Source of the DNA: an uncultured Thermoleophilia bacterium
Lineage (GTDB): Bacteria > Actinomycetota > Thermoleophilia > UBA2241
Direction: 5' to 3'
DNA: 64,000 nt
NCBI GenBank assembly: GCA_963832655.1
Contig: CAWHUW010000006.1
Coordinates: 252,403 to 316,402, forward strand
In this document: piece after piece, positions 18,420 through 31,053 of the stretch
How positions within the stretch are numbered: position 1 is the stretch's first letter
Layout of the letters: the number at the start of each line of letters is the position of its first letter
Translations under genes and position numbers: made by a program
The notes under the pieces: generated by a model
What the model was told of the DNA's origin: nothing
Databases searched by the model: none
Seen by the model: the letters and a program-made list of their open reading frames with translations, nothing else

Positions 18420-19511
18420 GTGAAACCGATCGATGAACTGCTCAGCGAGATGATGACGCGCAACGCGTCGGACCTCCACCTGAAGGCCGGGAGTCCGCCC
18501 GTTATGCGCGTCGACGGCGAGCTCTCCCTCATGGACCAGCCGCCTCTGACGCCCGAGGACACCAAGGACGTCGCCGCCTCGATCATGACCGACAAGCAGA
18601 TCCGGCGGTTCTCGGAACACAACGAGATCGACTTCGCCTACTCGGCGCCGAACCTGGGGCGCTTCCGTGTCAACGTCTTTCGCCAGCGCGGCAGCATCAG
18701 CATCGCCATGCGTCAGGTGACCACCAAGATCCCCACCTTCGAGGAGCTGCACCTTCCCGAGATCATCAAGCGCATCTCGCTCGAGCCGCGCGGGCTGACG
18801 CTCGTCACGGGGACCACCGGTTCGGGCAAGACGACCACCCTGGCGGCGATGATCGACCACATCAACCAGCAGATGCGGCGGCACGTCGTCACCGTCGAGG
18901 ACCCGATCGAGGTGCTGCACAAGGACCGCAAGGCGATCATCAACCAGCGCGAGATCGGCCTCGACACCGACTCCTACGCCACGGCGCTCAAGTACGTGCT
19001 GCGCCAGGACCCGGACGTGATCCTCATCGGCGAGATGCGCGACACCGAGACCGTGCAGGCGGCGCTCACGGCCGCCCAGACCGGTCACTTCGTGATGAGC
19101 ACGCTGCACACGATCGACGCGACCGAGACGATCAACCGCATCATCGACTTCTTCCCGCTGCACCAGCAGAAGCAGATCCGCATCATGCTCGCCGGCACGC
19201 TCAAGGCGATCATCTCGCAGCGCCTCCTGGTGCGGGCGGACGGCGAAGGCCGCGTCCCGGCGGTCGAGGTCATGATCTGCACGAACCGTATCCGCGACTT
19301 CGTCCTCGACCCCGAGCAGGCGCACCTCGTGCACGACGCCATCAGGGAAGGCGACTTCTACGGCATGCAGACCTTCGACCAGGCCCTGCTCAAGCTCTAC
19401 GAGGAGGGCATGATCACGCTGAGCGACGCCGCTTCGGTGGCCGCCAACCCGCACGACTTCAAGCTGCTCGTGCAGGCGCAGGGACACGACGTCAGCCTGA
19501 TGACCTTCTGA
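18420..19511 (+). CDS. pilT: type IV pilus twitching motility ATPase PilT
   Basis: ORF 18420..19511: ASDLHLKAGSPPVMRVDGEL, Walker A GTTGSGKTTTLAAM, VVTVEDPIE, ILIGEMRD, TGHFVMSTLHT. Confidence 0.9.
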   Translation: MKPIDELLSEMMTRNASDLHLKAGSPPVMRVDGELSLMDQPPLTPEDTKDVAASIMTDKQIRRFSEHNEIDFAYSAPNLGRFRVNVFRQRGSISIAMRQVTTKIPTFEELHLPEIIKRISLEPRGLTLVTGTTGSGKTTTLAAMIDHINQQMRRHVVTVEDPIEVLHKDRKAIINQREIGLDTDSYATALKYVLRQDPDVILIGEMRDTETVQAALTAAQTGHFVMSTLHTIDATETINRIIDFFPLHQQKQIRIMLAGTLKAIISQRLLVRADGEGRVPAVEVMICTNRIRDFVLDPEQAHLVHDAIREGDFYGMQTFDQALLKLYEEGMITLSDAASVAANPHDFKLLVQAQGHDVSLMTF

Positions 19512-19532
19512 GTGCTCGCGGGCAGCACGTCA

Positions 19533-19573
19533 GAGACGCGGCGGGCGGCCCTGGGGGCCGCCCGCCGCGTCTC
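19533..19573. terminator. bidirectional hairpin terminator between convergent pilT and sigH-like genes
   Basis: 18-bp perfect stem GAGACGCGGCGGGCGGCC/GGCCGCCCGCCGCGTCTC with a 5-nt loop; GTTGTT follows on the plus strand. Confidence 0.6.
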
Positions 19574-19615
19574 GTTGTTCGACAGGTGACCAGCGCCCGT
19601 CGCCGTGGCCCACCC

Positions 19616-20299
19616 TCAGTAGACGACCTTGCGCGCCTCCAGGTGCAGGTCGACCTTGCGCTTGATGCGCTGCAGGGCGTTGTCGACGGTCTTGCAGTCG
19701 CAGCCCAGCTGGTTGGCGATGCGTTCGTAAGACAGCCCCTGCAGGTACAGGCGCAGGACGCGGCCCTCGAGGTCCGAGAGCATCCCCGTCAGGCACGCGG
19801 TGAGGCTCTCCACCTCCTCCGAAGAGATCACCTGGTTGACGGGGTCGTGGGTGCTCGGCCCCGGCAGGACGTCGGCGAGCGAGCAGTCGCCGTCGTCGGA
19901 AGCGTCGTTCGGCGACTGGCTGAAGGAGAGGTAGCCGTTGAGCGGCACGTGCTTCTGCCGCGTCGCCGTCTTGATCGCGGTGATGATCTGCCGCGTGATG
20001 CACAGCTCGGCGAAGCTTCGGAAGGAGGCCTGCCTGTCGTCGCGATAGTCGCGCACGGCCTTGTAGAGGCCCAGGAGTCCCTCCTGGATGAGGTCCTCGG
20101 CGTCGCCGCCGGCGAGGAAGTACGAACTCGCCTTGAGGCGCACGAACTGGTGGTAGCGCAGCATCAGCGCGTCGAGCGCCGCCTGACTGCCCCGCCGGTA
20201 CGCGTGGACGAGGGCAAGGTCTGAACTCTCAGCAAAGGGTTGAGGGTTGTGCGCGTGGCTGGCGCTGCGTCCGGACTCCGCCTGACGCGTCCCTTTCAT
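19616..20299 (-). CDS. sigH: RNA polymerase sigma factor, SigH (Spo0H)-type
   Basis: ORF 19616..20320. ATG at 20299 after GGAGGTGGGGGG. FRSFAELCITRQIITAIKTATRQKHVPLN and DNALQRIKRKV closely match the Bacillus SigH signature. Confidence 0.8.
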   Translation of the reverse strand: MKGTRQAESGRSASHAHNPQPFAESSDLALVHAYRRGSQAALDALMLRYHQFVRLKASSYFLAGGDAEDLIQEGLLGLYKAVRDYRDDRQASFRSFAELCITRQIITAIKTATRQKHVPLNGYLSFSQSPNDASDDGDCSLADVLPGPSTHDPVNQVISSEEVESLTACLTGMLSDLEGRVLRLYLQGLSYERIANQLGCDCKTVDNALQRIKRKVDLHLEARKVVY

Positions 20300-20356
20300 C
20301 CCCCCACCTCCAGTCGACACCCCTGCAAAACGGGCCTTTGCCCCGTCGGGGGCGGC

Positions 20357-20882
20357 TCAGACCGGCTTGTTCCTGAGATCCTCCAGTTTGCGCAAAGTCT
20401 CAGGGTCTACTTTATCCTCAAGCCGTGAGGGCATTCTAGTGAAGTCTCGGGCAGAGTCAAGTGCCTGCGCGGATCTTTCGTCGCCGGCGCCCGAATCGAG
20501 CGCAGCGCCGAGCTCGGACGGAGTCATCCGGCTCACGCCGGCGCGGGCCGCCGTGCGCTGGACCTCGCCGTCGGCGCTGACGACGACGACCGAGACGTCC
20601 GCGGGCTGCTCCGGCGATGCGGCGGGCGATCAGCGTGTCGGCGGTGAAGCGCCCGCCGGCGAAGCACACCTCGACGGGAGCGCCCGGGATCGGCCGGCTG
20701 CTCGTGCTGGACGCGCCGTGCCCGTCGAAGACGAGCACGGCGCCGGCGCCGACCGTCGCCACGTAGCTCGCCAGGCGGTCGGCCAGCCAGTCGCGACGGG
20801 CGAAGAGCTCGTCTCCGGACGACCCGGGGAACAGCGCGTGCAGCACGTTGTAGCCGTCGACGATGTACAGCGTCCGCGTCAT
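20357..20882 (-). CDS. yacP: NYN-domain RNase YacP/Rae1-like, one frame break near 20608
   Basis: MTRTLYIVDGYNVLHA..LVFDG in the ORF 20457..21587 frame. The C-terminal part VVVVSADGEVQRTAARAGVSRMTPSEL..ETLRKLEDLRNKPV was recovered by hand in another frame. Confidence 0.7.
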
Positions 20883-21595
20883 GGCACACCCCCCCGTGCG
20901 GCGCTGGCGCACGACCTCGAAGAGGATGAGCGCCGCGGCCACGCTCACGTTGAGGCTCTCGACCGGCGGCCTCATGGGGATCGTGGCGAGCGCATCGCAC
21001 GTGCGCGCCACGAGCGGTCGCAGGCCGCGTCCCTCGGCGCCGAGGACGAGCGCGACGCGGTCGCGCAGGTCGAGACCCGAGTACTCGACACCCCCCTCGC
21101 CGGCAGCGCCGTAGACCCAGAAGCCCGCGGCCTTCGCGTCCTGCAGAAAGCGCGTCACGTTGGCGACCTGCGCCACCGGCAGGTGCTCGAGCGTGCCGGC
21201 GGACGCCTTGACCGCAGCTGGTGTCACGTGCGCGGCGCGGTGGCGAGGCACGACCAGGCCGGCACAGCCGGCGGCCAGGGCGCTGCGCGCCACCGCGCCG
21301 AGGTTGTGCGGGTCGCTCACCTCGTCGAGGACGACGAGGAGGTCGGCGCCCAGCAGCTCGTCGGCGTCGGCGTACGGGTACGCCGGCACCTCGAGGGCGA
21401 CGCCCTGGTGCTCGCGCGAGCCCGTGAGCGCTCGAGCGCTTCGGCGTCGACGACCTCGCGCCGGAGGCCGGCGGGGAGGTCGGCGCGGAGGGCGCGGAGA
21501 GCCGGCGCGGTCGCGGCGAGCCGCACGGCTCGCCGCCGGGCGCCGGCCGCCAAGGCCAGGCGCGCGACCTGGCGTCCGTAGATCCACTCGCCCAT
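20879..21595 (-). CDS. rlmB: TrmH/SpoU family 23S rRNA 2'-O-methyltransferase (RlmB/YacO-like), frame break(s)
   Basis: MGEWIYGRQV (ORF 21317..22180 frame), then LVVLDEVSDPHNLGAVARSA..LVLGAEGRGLR..IPMRPPVESLNVSVAAALILFE (ORF 20457..21587). It appears fused in frame to yacP across a C7 run at 20889..20895. An ATGA overlap stop is restored by a 1-nt change there. Confidence 0.7.
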
Positions 21596-21638
21596 CGTCT
21601 CGCTCGTCCCCCCGTCCGCCCCGGCTCGGCGACGCGCC

Positions 21639-23176
21639 TCAGCCGTGCTCCACGACCTGCGTGCCCTGCTTCGTGTCGCGGACCTCGAAGCCGGCCGCCT
21701 GAAGCGCGTCGCGGACCTCGTCGGCGCGCGCCCAGTCCTTCTCGGCGCGGAAGTGGTCGCGCAGCGCGCAGGCGTAGGTCGCGTCGCCACAGGCGAGCCG
21801 CTCCCCGGAGAGCGAGTTCGAGGTCCGCCCAGCGGCCCTCGCCGGCCAGGCGAGCCGCCGGCGGCAGAGTCACGTTCTCGGTCGTGCAGGTCTGGTCGGC
21901 GCCCGCCTCGCCCTCGCCGCTGCCGCTCCGGCATGCCGATGAGCAGCGTCTCGAGACCGTCGACGATGGCGTCCTCGACCTCCTCGAGCACCGTCGACGT
22001 CGACCGCCGCGCCGACCGCGTCGGCGGCGCCGACGTAGCGGAACAGACCACGCGCCAGAGCGAACAGCTCACCGAGCGCGCCGGCGGTGTTGAGGTCGTC
22101 GTCCATGTGCTCGGCGAAGGCGCTGCGCGCCGCCTCCACGGCGGCGCACAGCTCGGCCGCCGGCAGCGGGTCGCCCTCACCGGGATGGTCGATACGGAAG
22201 TGCGCCGTGCGCACCGCCTCGACCAGGCGGTCGTGCGCCGCCTTCGCCTCGTCGAGCTTCTCGACCGAGAACTCCAGCGGGCTGCGGTAGTGCGTCGTCA
22301 GGAAGTACATGAGCACCACGGCCGGCGGAGTACCTGTCGAGCACCTCGCGCAGGAGGAAGATGTTGCCGACCGACTTGGCCATCTTCTCGCCGCCGGAGC
22401 GGATCATGCCGTTGTGCATCCAGACGCGCGCGAAGGGCAGACCGGCGGCCTCGCTCTGCGCGATCTCGTTCTCGTGATGCGGGAAGATGAGGTCGCGCCC
22501 GCCGCCGTGGATGTCGAAGCCGGCCCCGAGGTAGCGCAGACCCATCGCCGAGCACTCGATGTGCCAGCCGGGGCGGCCCATGCCCCACGGGCTCTCCCAG
22601 GCAGGCTCCCCGGGCTTGGCCGCCTTCCAGATCGCGAAGTCGAGCGGGTCCTCCTTGCCGGGCTCGCCCTCGACCCGTGCGCCCTCCTCGAGATCCTCGA
22701 TGCGCTGGCCGGAGAGCTTGCCGTACCCGGCGAAGCTGCGCACACGGAAGTAGACGCTGCCCTGCGCCTCGTAGGCGTGACCCGACGGAGGTCAGCTGGC
22801 AGCACAGGTCGACGATCTCGGGGATCGTCTCGGTGGCGAGCGGCTCGACGTCGGGGCGCAGCTCGTCGCCGAGCCGCCCCATGTCCTCGTGATAGGCGGC
22901 CGTGAACTCGCTCGGCGACCTCGGCGGAGGTGCGCCCTTCGGCGTTCGCAGCGTTGATGATCTTGTCGTCGACGTCGGTGATGTTCTCGACGAGGGTCAC
23001 GTCGTACCCGCGGCGCCGCAGCCACGAGCGCAGGACGGCGAACGTGACGTAAGGCCGCGCGTTGCCGACGTGCACGAGGTTGTAGACCGTGGGGCCGCAG
23101 CAGTAGATACCGGCCTTGCCCTCCTCGCGGGGGACGAAGTCCTCCTTCGATCGGGTGAGCGAGTTGTAGAGGCGGA

Positions 23177-23180
<4 letters not shown>
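21639..23180 (-). CDS. cysS: cysteine--tRNA ligase, frame broken at >=6 places
   Basis: GTG at 23180 (GTGA overlap with the gltX stop). Fragments [33 protein letters not shown] (22404..23180), [49 protein letters not shown] (22177..23743 frame set) and [13 protein letters not shown] (21870..22319). C-terminal end [16 protein letters not shown] by hand. Confidence 0.8.
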
Positions 23181-24699
<1,519 letters not shown>

Positions 24700-24854
24700 T
24701 CAGTGTACCACCTGGATCCCGGCCGCCCGCCGCGCCGCGAAGCGGCATGCGGCGGGCGGCTGATACACTCGGCCCCGGCGGCCGCGGCCAGGCCGCCTCG
24801 CCGGACGAGGCCGCGTCGTCTCGCCGGACCGACGGCGTGACGAGAGGAGGCTCC

Positions 24855-26337
24855 ATGCCCCACGACCAGCGGGAGACCCCGTATCTCGACGCCGTCCTCG
24901 CCTACCGTCGGCGCGGCTACACGCCGTTCCACACCCCCGGCCACAAGCTCGGCAAGGGGGCGCCGGCCGAAGCTCCGCGAGCTTCTCGGCGACGACCTGC
25001 CTTCAGGTCGACCTCGCGATGGCCGGGGCGGTCGAGGACACGCGCGAGTCGACCGGCCTCATCCACCTCGCCGAGGAGTACGCGGCCGAGGCGTGGGGCG
25101 CGGACCGCTGCCACTTCCTCGTCAACGGCTCGACGAGCGGCGTCCACGCTCTGGTCCTCACGCTGGCCGGCCCCGGCGAGACCGCTCATCGTGCCGCGCA
25201 ACGCCCACAAGTCGCTGCTCGCGGCGCTGATCTACTCCGGGGCGACGCCGTTCTACGTCGAGCCGCCAGATCGAGCCCGACATGGGGCATCCCGCTCAAC
25301 GTCGACCGTCGCCCAGGCCGACGCAAGCCCTGCGCGCCCATCCCGAGGCCAAGGCGCTGTTCGTCACGTCCCCGACCTACAACGGCCTGTGCGCGGACCT
25401 GCCCGCCATCGCCGCCGCGCGCTCACGCGGCCGGGGTCCCGTTCGTCGTCGACCAGGCCTGGGGACCGCATCTGCGCTTCTGCCCCGAGCTGCCGGTCGA
25501 CGCCATGACCGCCGGCGCCGACGCCTGCGTGGTGAGTACGCACAAGCTCATCAGCGGCATCACCCAGTCCGCCGTGCTTCTGGCCCGCAGCGAGCGCCTC
25601 AATCTCGCCCGCCTCGAGGGCATGGTCAAGATGACCCAGAGCACGAGCCCCCAGGTGCTGATGTACGCGTCGATCGACGCCGCGCGCCAGCAGATGGCGA
25701 CGCGAAGGCGCCGAGCTCTGGCGCGGGGCCATCGCTGAGGCGGAGTGGGCACGCGAGCGCATCAACGAGATCCCCGGGTTGCGCTGCCTCGGCCGCGAGG
25801 TGCTCGGGGCCGAGGGGGTGGCCGAGTTCGATCCGACGCGGCTGACGATCTCGGCCCTCGACCTCGGCCACAGCGGCACCGAGCTCGAGACGATCCTGCG
25901 CGACGACTACGCCGTCGCCGTCGAGGCGGCCGATCCGCTGGCCATCATCCTCAACGTGACGTTCGGCGACACGATGGACGACCTGCGCACGCTCGTGGAC
26001 TCGCTGCGCGACTACGCGGCGCGCCACGCCGACGCCTCGGGTCGGCAGGAGGCGGCCGCACGCTGGCTGCGCCTTCGGCCGCCGCCCTTCACGCGCCAGG
26101 TCCTCATCCCGCGGGAGGCCTTCTTCGCCCCGTCGGTCGCGCTGCCGCTGCCAAGACTGCGTCGGCAGGGTCAGCGCCGAGATCGTCACGCCCTATCCGC
26201 CGGGGATCCCGGCCCTGGGCCCGGGCGAGGAGATCGCCGCCGAGACCGTCACGTACCTCGTTGAGGCGGCCGCGGTACGGCTCAAGGTGCACGGCCCCGA
26301 GGACCTGAGCCTGCGCACCCTCCGCGTGGTCGCCTGA
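24855..26337 (+). CDS. Orn/Lys/Arg decarboxylase family 1 (PLP-dependent), frame broken at >=6 places
   Basis: ATG at 24855 after GAGAGGAGG. Fragments [14 protein letters not shown] (24747..25508), [53 protein letters not shown] (25019..25738) and [22 protein letters not shown] (25779..26264 and a third frame). Confidence 0.7.
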
Positions 26338-26351
26338 GACGGCGCGGCCCG

Positions 26352-27057
26352 ATGGCGCACCGCGAGGACCCAGTCCCGGCCGGCCGACGCCGGGCGGTCC
26401 CGCTCGCCCTGCTGGCGGCGCTGGCGCTCGTCCCGCTCGCGGCCGCCTGCGGCGGCGCGCAGACCGAGCGCTACGACGACAACGCGCACGGCGTCTCGAT
26501 CACCTACGACGCGAGCCGGTTCGGGCCGGGGACGCTGACGGCGGGCGGCTCGATCGCCGCCGCCGAGAACGCCGTGGGCGCGGAGCCGCTCGCGACGATC
26601 GAGATCACGGGAGCGCGCCCGGCGCCGAGGCGACCGGGATGCGCGTCGCGGTCTTCGAGGCGCCGGCCCAGAGTGGGCTCCCTCGGCTTCTGGCGCGTGA
26701 CCGAGCAGTTGCTCGACAGCGCGCTGCCCAGAGGCCCGCGAGGCGCTGGCTCCGGGAGTCACCGTCGGCGATCCCTTTCGGGTCACCGTGGCGGGACTCG
26801 AGGGGTACGCGGCGGCGTTCACCCTCGACAGCCCGCTCGAGCCGGGCGCCGGGATCGGACTGGCGTTGTGGCGCGACCCGTTCGTCTACGAGGTGGTCGT
26901 GCTCTGCAGGACCGCTGACCGGCGCCTCCTCGACGGGCTCACGCGCATGCTGGTCGACCTGCGGCTCGGCAGCGGCCTCGCAGGTCGCCGACGCCCTGAC
27001 GCCGGAGCGGCGTCAGGGGGCCCCCGAGGGGGCGACCGCGTCAGCCCGGCTTCTTGA
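26352..27057 (+). CDS. hypothetical lipoprotein, frame breaks, 3' end uncertain
   Basis: ORF 26352..26918 starts with a signal peptide plus lipobox LALVPLAAACGG. Plausible continuation fragments are in ORFs 26639.. and 26788..27057. Confidence 0.35.
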
Positions 27058-27572
27058 TCCCCAGCGACGTGGCCGTGAAGAGCGGGTCGAAGCGCACGCC
27101 GGCCGCCTCGAAGGCGGCGCGGCCGCCCTCCTCGCGGTCGACGACGCAGAGCAGCCCGGCGACCTCGAGCCCGGCGTCGCGCAGCTTGTCGACCGCCTGC
27201 AGGGCGGCGCCGCCCGACGTGACGACGTCCTCGACGATGACGACCCGCTGTCCGCCTCGGCGCGACCCTCCATCGCCTTCTTCGTGCCGTACTCCTTCTC
27301 GCCCTTGCGCACGATGACGAACGGCTTTCCGCTCGCCAGCGACAGCGCAGCGACGATCGCCACGGCGCCCAGCTCCGGGCCGGCGAGCAGGTCGAACGGC
27401 TCGTGGAGCGGCGAGCTTCGCCGCCAGGCCCGCCGGCGATGTCGCCCAGCAGGTCGGGGCGCGTCTCGAACAGGTACTTGTCGAGGTAGAAGCGGCTGCG
27501 CCGCCCGGAGCGCAGGATGAAGTCGCCCTCCAGGTAGCTCGCCTCGAGGAGCCGGTCGCCGAGCTCGGTCAC
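27050..27572 (-). CDS. pyrE: orotate phosphoribosyltransferase, >=2 frame breaks
   Basis: GTG at 27572 after GGAGGG: LEASYLEGDFILRSGRRSRFYLDKYLFETRPDLL. Then GPELGAVAIVAALSLASGKPFVIVRKGEKEYG (ORF 27013..27882). The PRPP motif VVIVEDVVTSGGAAL was recovered by hand. Confidence 0.75.
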
Positions 27573-27649
27573 GATCGTTCCCTCCTGGTCTCCGATGTTG
27601 TCGCGGCTGCGCGCCGGAGCGCGGACGCACGGCCGCGGACATCGCGCGC

Positions 27650-29002
27650 TCAGGACCCGCCGATCGACATCCCTTCGATGGCCACGGACGGCGTGTACAC
27701 GCTGCCGCCGGGCACCCAGCGCGCGTCGTCGCCCGAGAGCGCGGATGCCCTTGAGCATGCCGATGATGTCGCCGGCCAGCGTGACCTCGCGCACCGGCGT
27801 CGTCAACCGCGCCGCCCTCGATGAGCACGCCGCTGATGCCGACCGAGAACTCCCCGAGATGCGGGTTGGCGCCCGAGTGCACGCCGACGGCATCGGTGAC
27901 GAGGACGCCGCGGTCGATGCCGGCGACGATCTCGTCGCGCGCCGTCGTCCGCCCCGCGACGACAGGTTCGTCGGGCGCACTGCCGGCGGCGCCTGGTACC
28001 CGCGCGCGCAGGCCGTTGCCCGTGGAGCCGCGACCCGCCTTGCGCGCCGTGTAGGTGTCGTGCAGGTAGCTCGTGCAGGACGCCCTCCTCGATCAGCGGC
28101 GTGCGCTGGCACGGCGTCCCTTCGCCGTCGAAGGGCGCGCTGTCGAGGCCGTCGGGATGGGTGCCGTCGTCGATCAGGGAGAAGCCGCTGGTCGGCGACG
28201 CTCTCGCCCTCGCGGCCGGCGAAGAGCGAGCGCCCCTTCTGCACGGCCTCCGCGGTCAGCGCCGCGGAGAGCACGCCGAAGAAGGCGGCGGCGACGAACG
28301 GGTCGAGCACGACCGTCGCCTTCATCGACGGACAGCGGCGGGCGCCGAGCAGGCGGCACGCACGTGCCGCGGCCTCGGCGCCGCAGGCCGGCCCGTCGAG
28401 GTCCTCGAGCGCCCGGCCGACGGCGTACGAGACGCCGGTCTCGACCTGGCCGTCCTGCTCGGCGAGCACGTAGGCGAAGGCGTAGCACTGGTTGGCGCGG
28501 TAGCTGCCGCGCACGCCGGCCGAGCTGGCAAGGAAGACCTCGCGCGTCGCCGTCGACGTACACCGTGTCCTCCACGGTCTTGACGCGCGCGGTCGGCGGC
28601 CGAGCGCCGCCGCCTCGACCGACGAGGGCAAGCTCGATCTGTCGCGCGTCGGTCGCCGCCGCGAGCCGGGGAGTCGAAGGGCGTGACCGCGGCAGGCGGG
28701 CCGCGCGCCCGGCGGAAGGACGCGGTGAGGGTCGGGGTCGGCCGCGGCGGCGAGGCCGACCGCCCTCGCGACGGCGGCGTCGAGAGCGTCGAGGCTCGAG
28801 TCGCGAGGTCGAGGCGTAGCCCACGGCGCCGTCGCTGAAGACGCGCACCCCGACCCCGCGCCGCCGGGCGGCGACGAGCTGCTCGACCTCGCCCTGATAC
28901 ACCTTGATCCGGCGCGACACGCCGCGCTCGGCGTACGCCTCGACGTCGTGCGCGCCGCGCGCCGCGGCCAGCTCCAGGACGCGGTCCGACGACGTCGAAC
29001 AT
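27650..29002 (-). CDS. pmbA: metalloprotease PmbA/TldE family, multiple frame breaks
   Basis: ATG at 29002 shares one nucleotide with the tldD stop (TGATG). Fragments GVSRRIKVYQGEVEQLV..GVGVRVFSDGAVGYAST (28174..28920), VLDPFVAAAFFGVLSAALTAEAVQKGRSLF (26886..28631). C-terminus REVTLAGDIIGMLKGI..SIGGS by hand. Confidence 0.65.
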
Positions 29003-30403
29003 CAGCCCGTGCCCCCGACGGTCATCGCGCTGATGCGCAGCGACGCCTGCCCGGTCCCGACCGGCACGCCTTGACCGTCCTTGCCGCAGATCCCCGACTT
29101 GACGTCGAAGTCGCGCGGCGATCATGTCGATCTTCTCGAGGACGTCGATGCCGCTGCCGACCAGCGTCGCGCCGCGCAGCGGCGCGGTCACCCGCCCTTC
29201 TCGATAAGGTACCCCTCGGCGACGCCGAAGACGAAGTCGCCGCTCGCCGGCTCGACCTGCCCGCCGGCGAAGCTCTTCGCGTAGAAGCCGTGCGGCGTCG
29301 CGGCGACGATGTCGTCCGGGGTCGCCTCGCCCGGGGCGATGAACGTCGTCGTCATGCGCGGGATGGGGACGTGCCGGAACGACTGGCGGCGGCCGTTGCC
29401 GGACGGCGCGGCGCCGAGCTGGCGGGCGCGCAGGCGATCGTAGAGATAGCCCGTCAACCTGCCGTCGCGTATCAGCTCCGTCCTCTGGGTGGGCACGCCC
29501 TCGTCGTCGAAGGCCTGCGAGCCCCAGCCGTTCGGCAGCGTGCCGTCGTCGTAGGCGCTCACGATCGGGGCCGCGACGCGCTCGCCCAACTTGCCCGCGT
29601 AGATGCTCGCGCCCTTGGAGACCGCGTCGGCCTCGAGCCCGTGACCGCAGGCCTCGTGGAAGAGCACCCCGCCGAACCCGTTGGCGACGACCACGGGCAT
29701 CGTGCCCGCGGGGGCGGGTCGCGCGTCGAGCATGACGAGCGCCCTGTCCGCGGCGCTGCGCGCCACGTCCAGCACCCTGGCTTCGTCGAGCAGCTCGAAG
29801 CCGCTGCTCGCGCCCGCGGTCTCGTGCCCGGTCTGGATGACGCCGTCGCGGCGCGCGACCACCTGCACGCTGAGACGCGTGCGCGTGCGCGTGTCCCGCA
29901 CGACCTCGCCGAGGGAGTTGACGATGAGGACGTCCTGGCGCGCGTCGGCGTAGCCGGCGATGACCTGCGCCACGTCGGCCCCGGCGGCCCGCGCCTCGTC
30001 GTCGGCGGCGTGGACGAGCGCGGCCTTGCGCGCCACGTCCACCTCGCCGGGCGAAACGACGACCGGGTGCCGCGCGGCATCGCGCCGCACCGGGCCCAGC
30101 TCGACGAGCGTGGAGCCGGCATCCGCGGCGCGAAGGCCGGCGGCGACGGCGTCGGCGGCCGCCGCGAGCGCCGCCTCGTCGATCTCGTCGGTGTACGCGT
30201 AGTAGGTGTGCTCGCCGCGAGAGCAGCCGGACACCGGCGCCCTGCTCCCGACCGCCGTTCACCTGCTCGAGGCGCCGGTCCTCGAGACGCAGGGTGAGCC
30301 CGTCGCGGTCCTCGACGAAGACCTCGGCGAAGTCCCCGCCGCGCGCAAGCGCGCGGGCGAGCGTCGCCTCGATCAGGGAAAGGTCGAGCGCGTCGAGATC
30401 CAC
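29002..30403 (-). CDS. tldD: metalloprotease TldD, frame breaks near both ends
   Basis: GTG at 30403. GGDFAEVFVEDRD (28322..30853 frame); core in ORF 29188..30234 (GGVLFHEACGHGLEAD..DDEGVPTQRTELI..FRHVPIPRMTTTF); the end ..RISAMTVGGTG by hand. Confidence 0.75.
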
Positions 30404-30404
30404 G

Positions 30405-30617
30405 TCAGCCGGCGGTCTCGAGGACGGCGCGGAGGTCCATGGCGCGTGCGCGAAGCTCCGCGAGACGAGGATCGTCGGCGGCCAGGCGCAGGAGAGTACC
30501 GTCGCCGCGACCGAGCTGACGCGGGCGCGGGCGCTGCGCGGCGCCGGCGGCGCAGCACTGCCGCACCGGTGACGGCCGCGGCAAGGCCGACGACGGCGAC
30601 GGTACGCAGTCGCATCA
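30405..30617 (-). CDS. small hypothetical membrane-anchored protein, one frame break
   Basis: ATG overlaps the upstream stop (TGATG). MRLRTVAVVGLAAAVTGAAVL (ORF 30373..30615), then ..LLRLAADDPRLAELRARAMDLRAVLETAG in another frame, ending 1 nt before the tldD GTG. Confidence 0.35.
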
Positions 30618-31032
30618 GGAGTCCTGCTCCGCGTCGGACCTCGCCGCGGCGCCCGTCGGGGCAGCCGGCGCCTGCTCGCCGGGGAAGGCGTCGGCGAGGC
30701 AGGTGCGCAGGTCGAAGAGGACGAGGCCATGTGGCGCGTCGGCCGCGATGAGAGCGACGATGCGCCGCCCGCCGCCCTCGAGCGCGACGACGGCGGCGTC
30801 GCCGAGGTCGACGACCACGTGCTCGAGCGGCGCGACCGCCGGTGCGCCCTCATCGCGCCCGACCGCCGCGACCGCCGCGTTCCAGAGGGACTCCGCCGCG
30901 GTTCCTACCTCAGCGACCGGCCCGTCCGGGGCCCGCGCCGAGCACGACGCCCCCCACATCGAGCACGGCCAGCCGGCGGATGTCGGTGGAGACGGCGAGC
31001 AGGTCGCTGATGGCCTCATCGACGCTCATCAT
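30615..31032 (-). CDS. Roadblock/LC7 (MglB-like) domain protein, one frame break near 30930
   Basis: MMSVDEAISDLLAVSTDIRRLAVLDVGG by hand, then ORF 30615..31019 ..AAESLWNAAV..VVVDLGDAAVVALEGGGRRIVALIAADAPHGLVLFDLR. Confidence 0.5.
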
Positions 31033-31053
31033 CGCGTCCTTGCGCCGGCGCCG

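Noticed and set aside
20879-21595. Apparent in-frame RlmB-YacP fusion protein.
   Set aside because: The fusion depends on the length of a C7 homopolymer. A 1-nt change restores the ATGA stop/start overlap typical of this genome, so I treat it as two genes.
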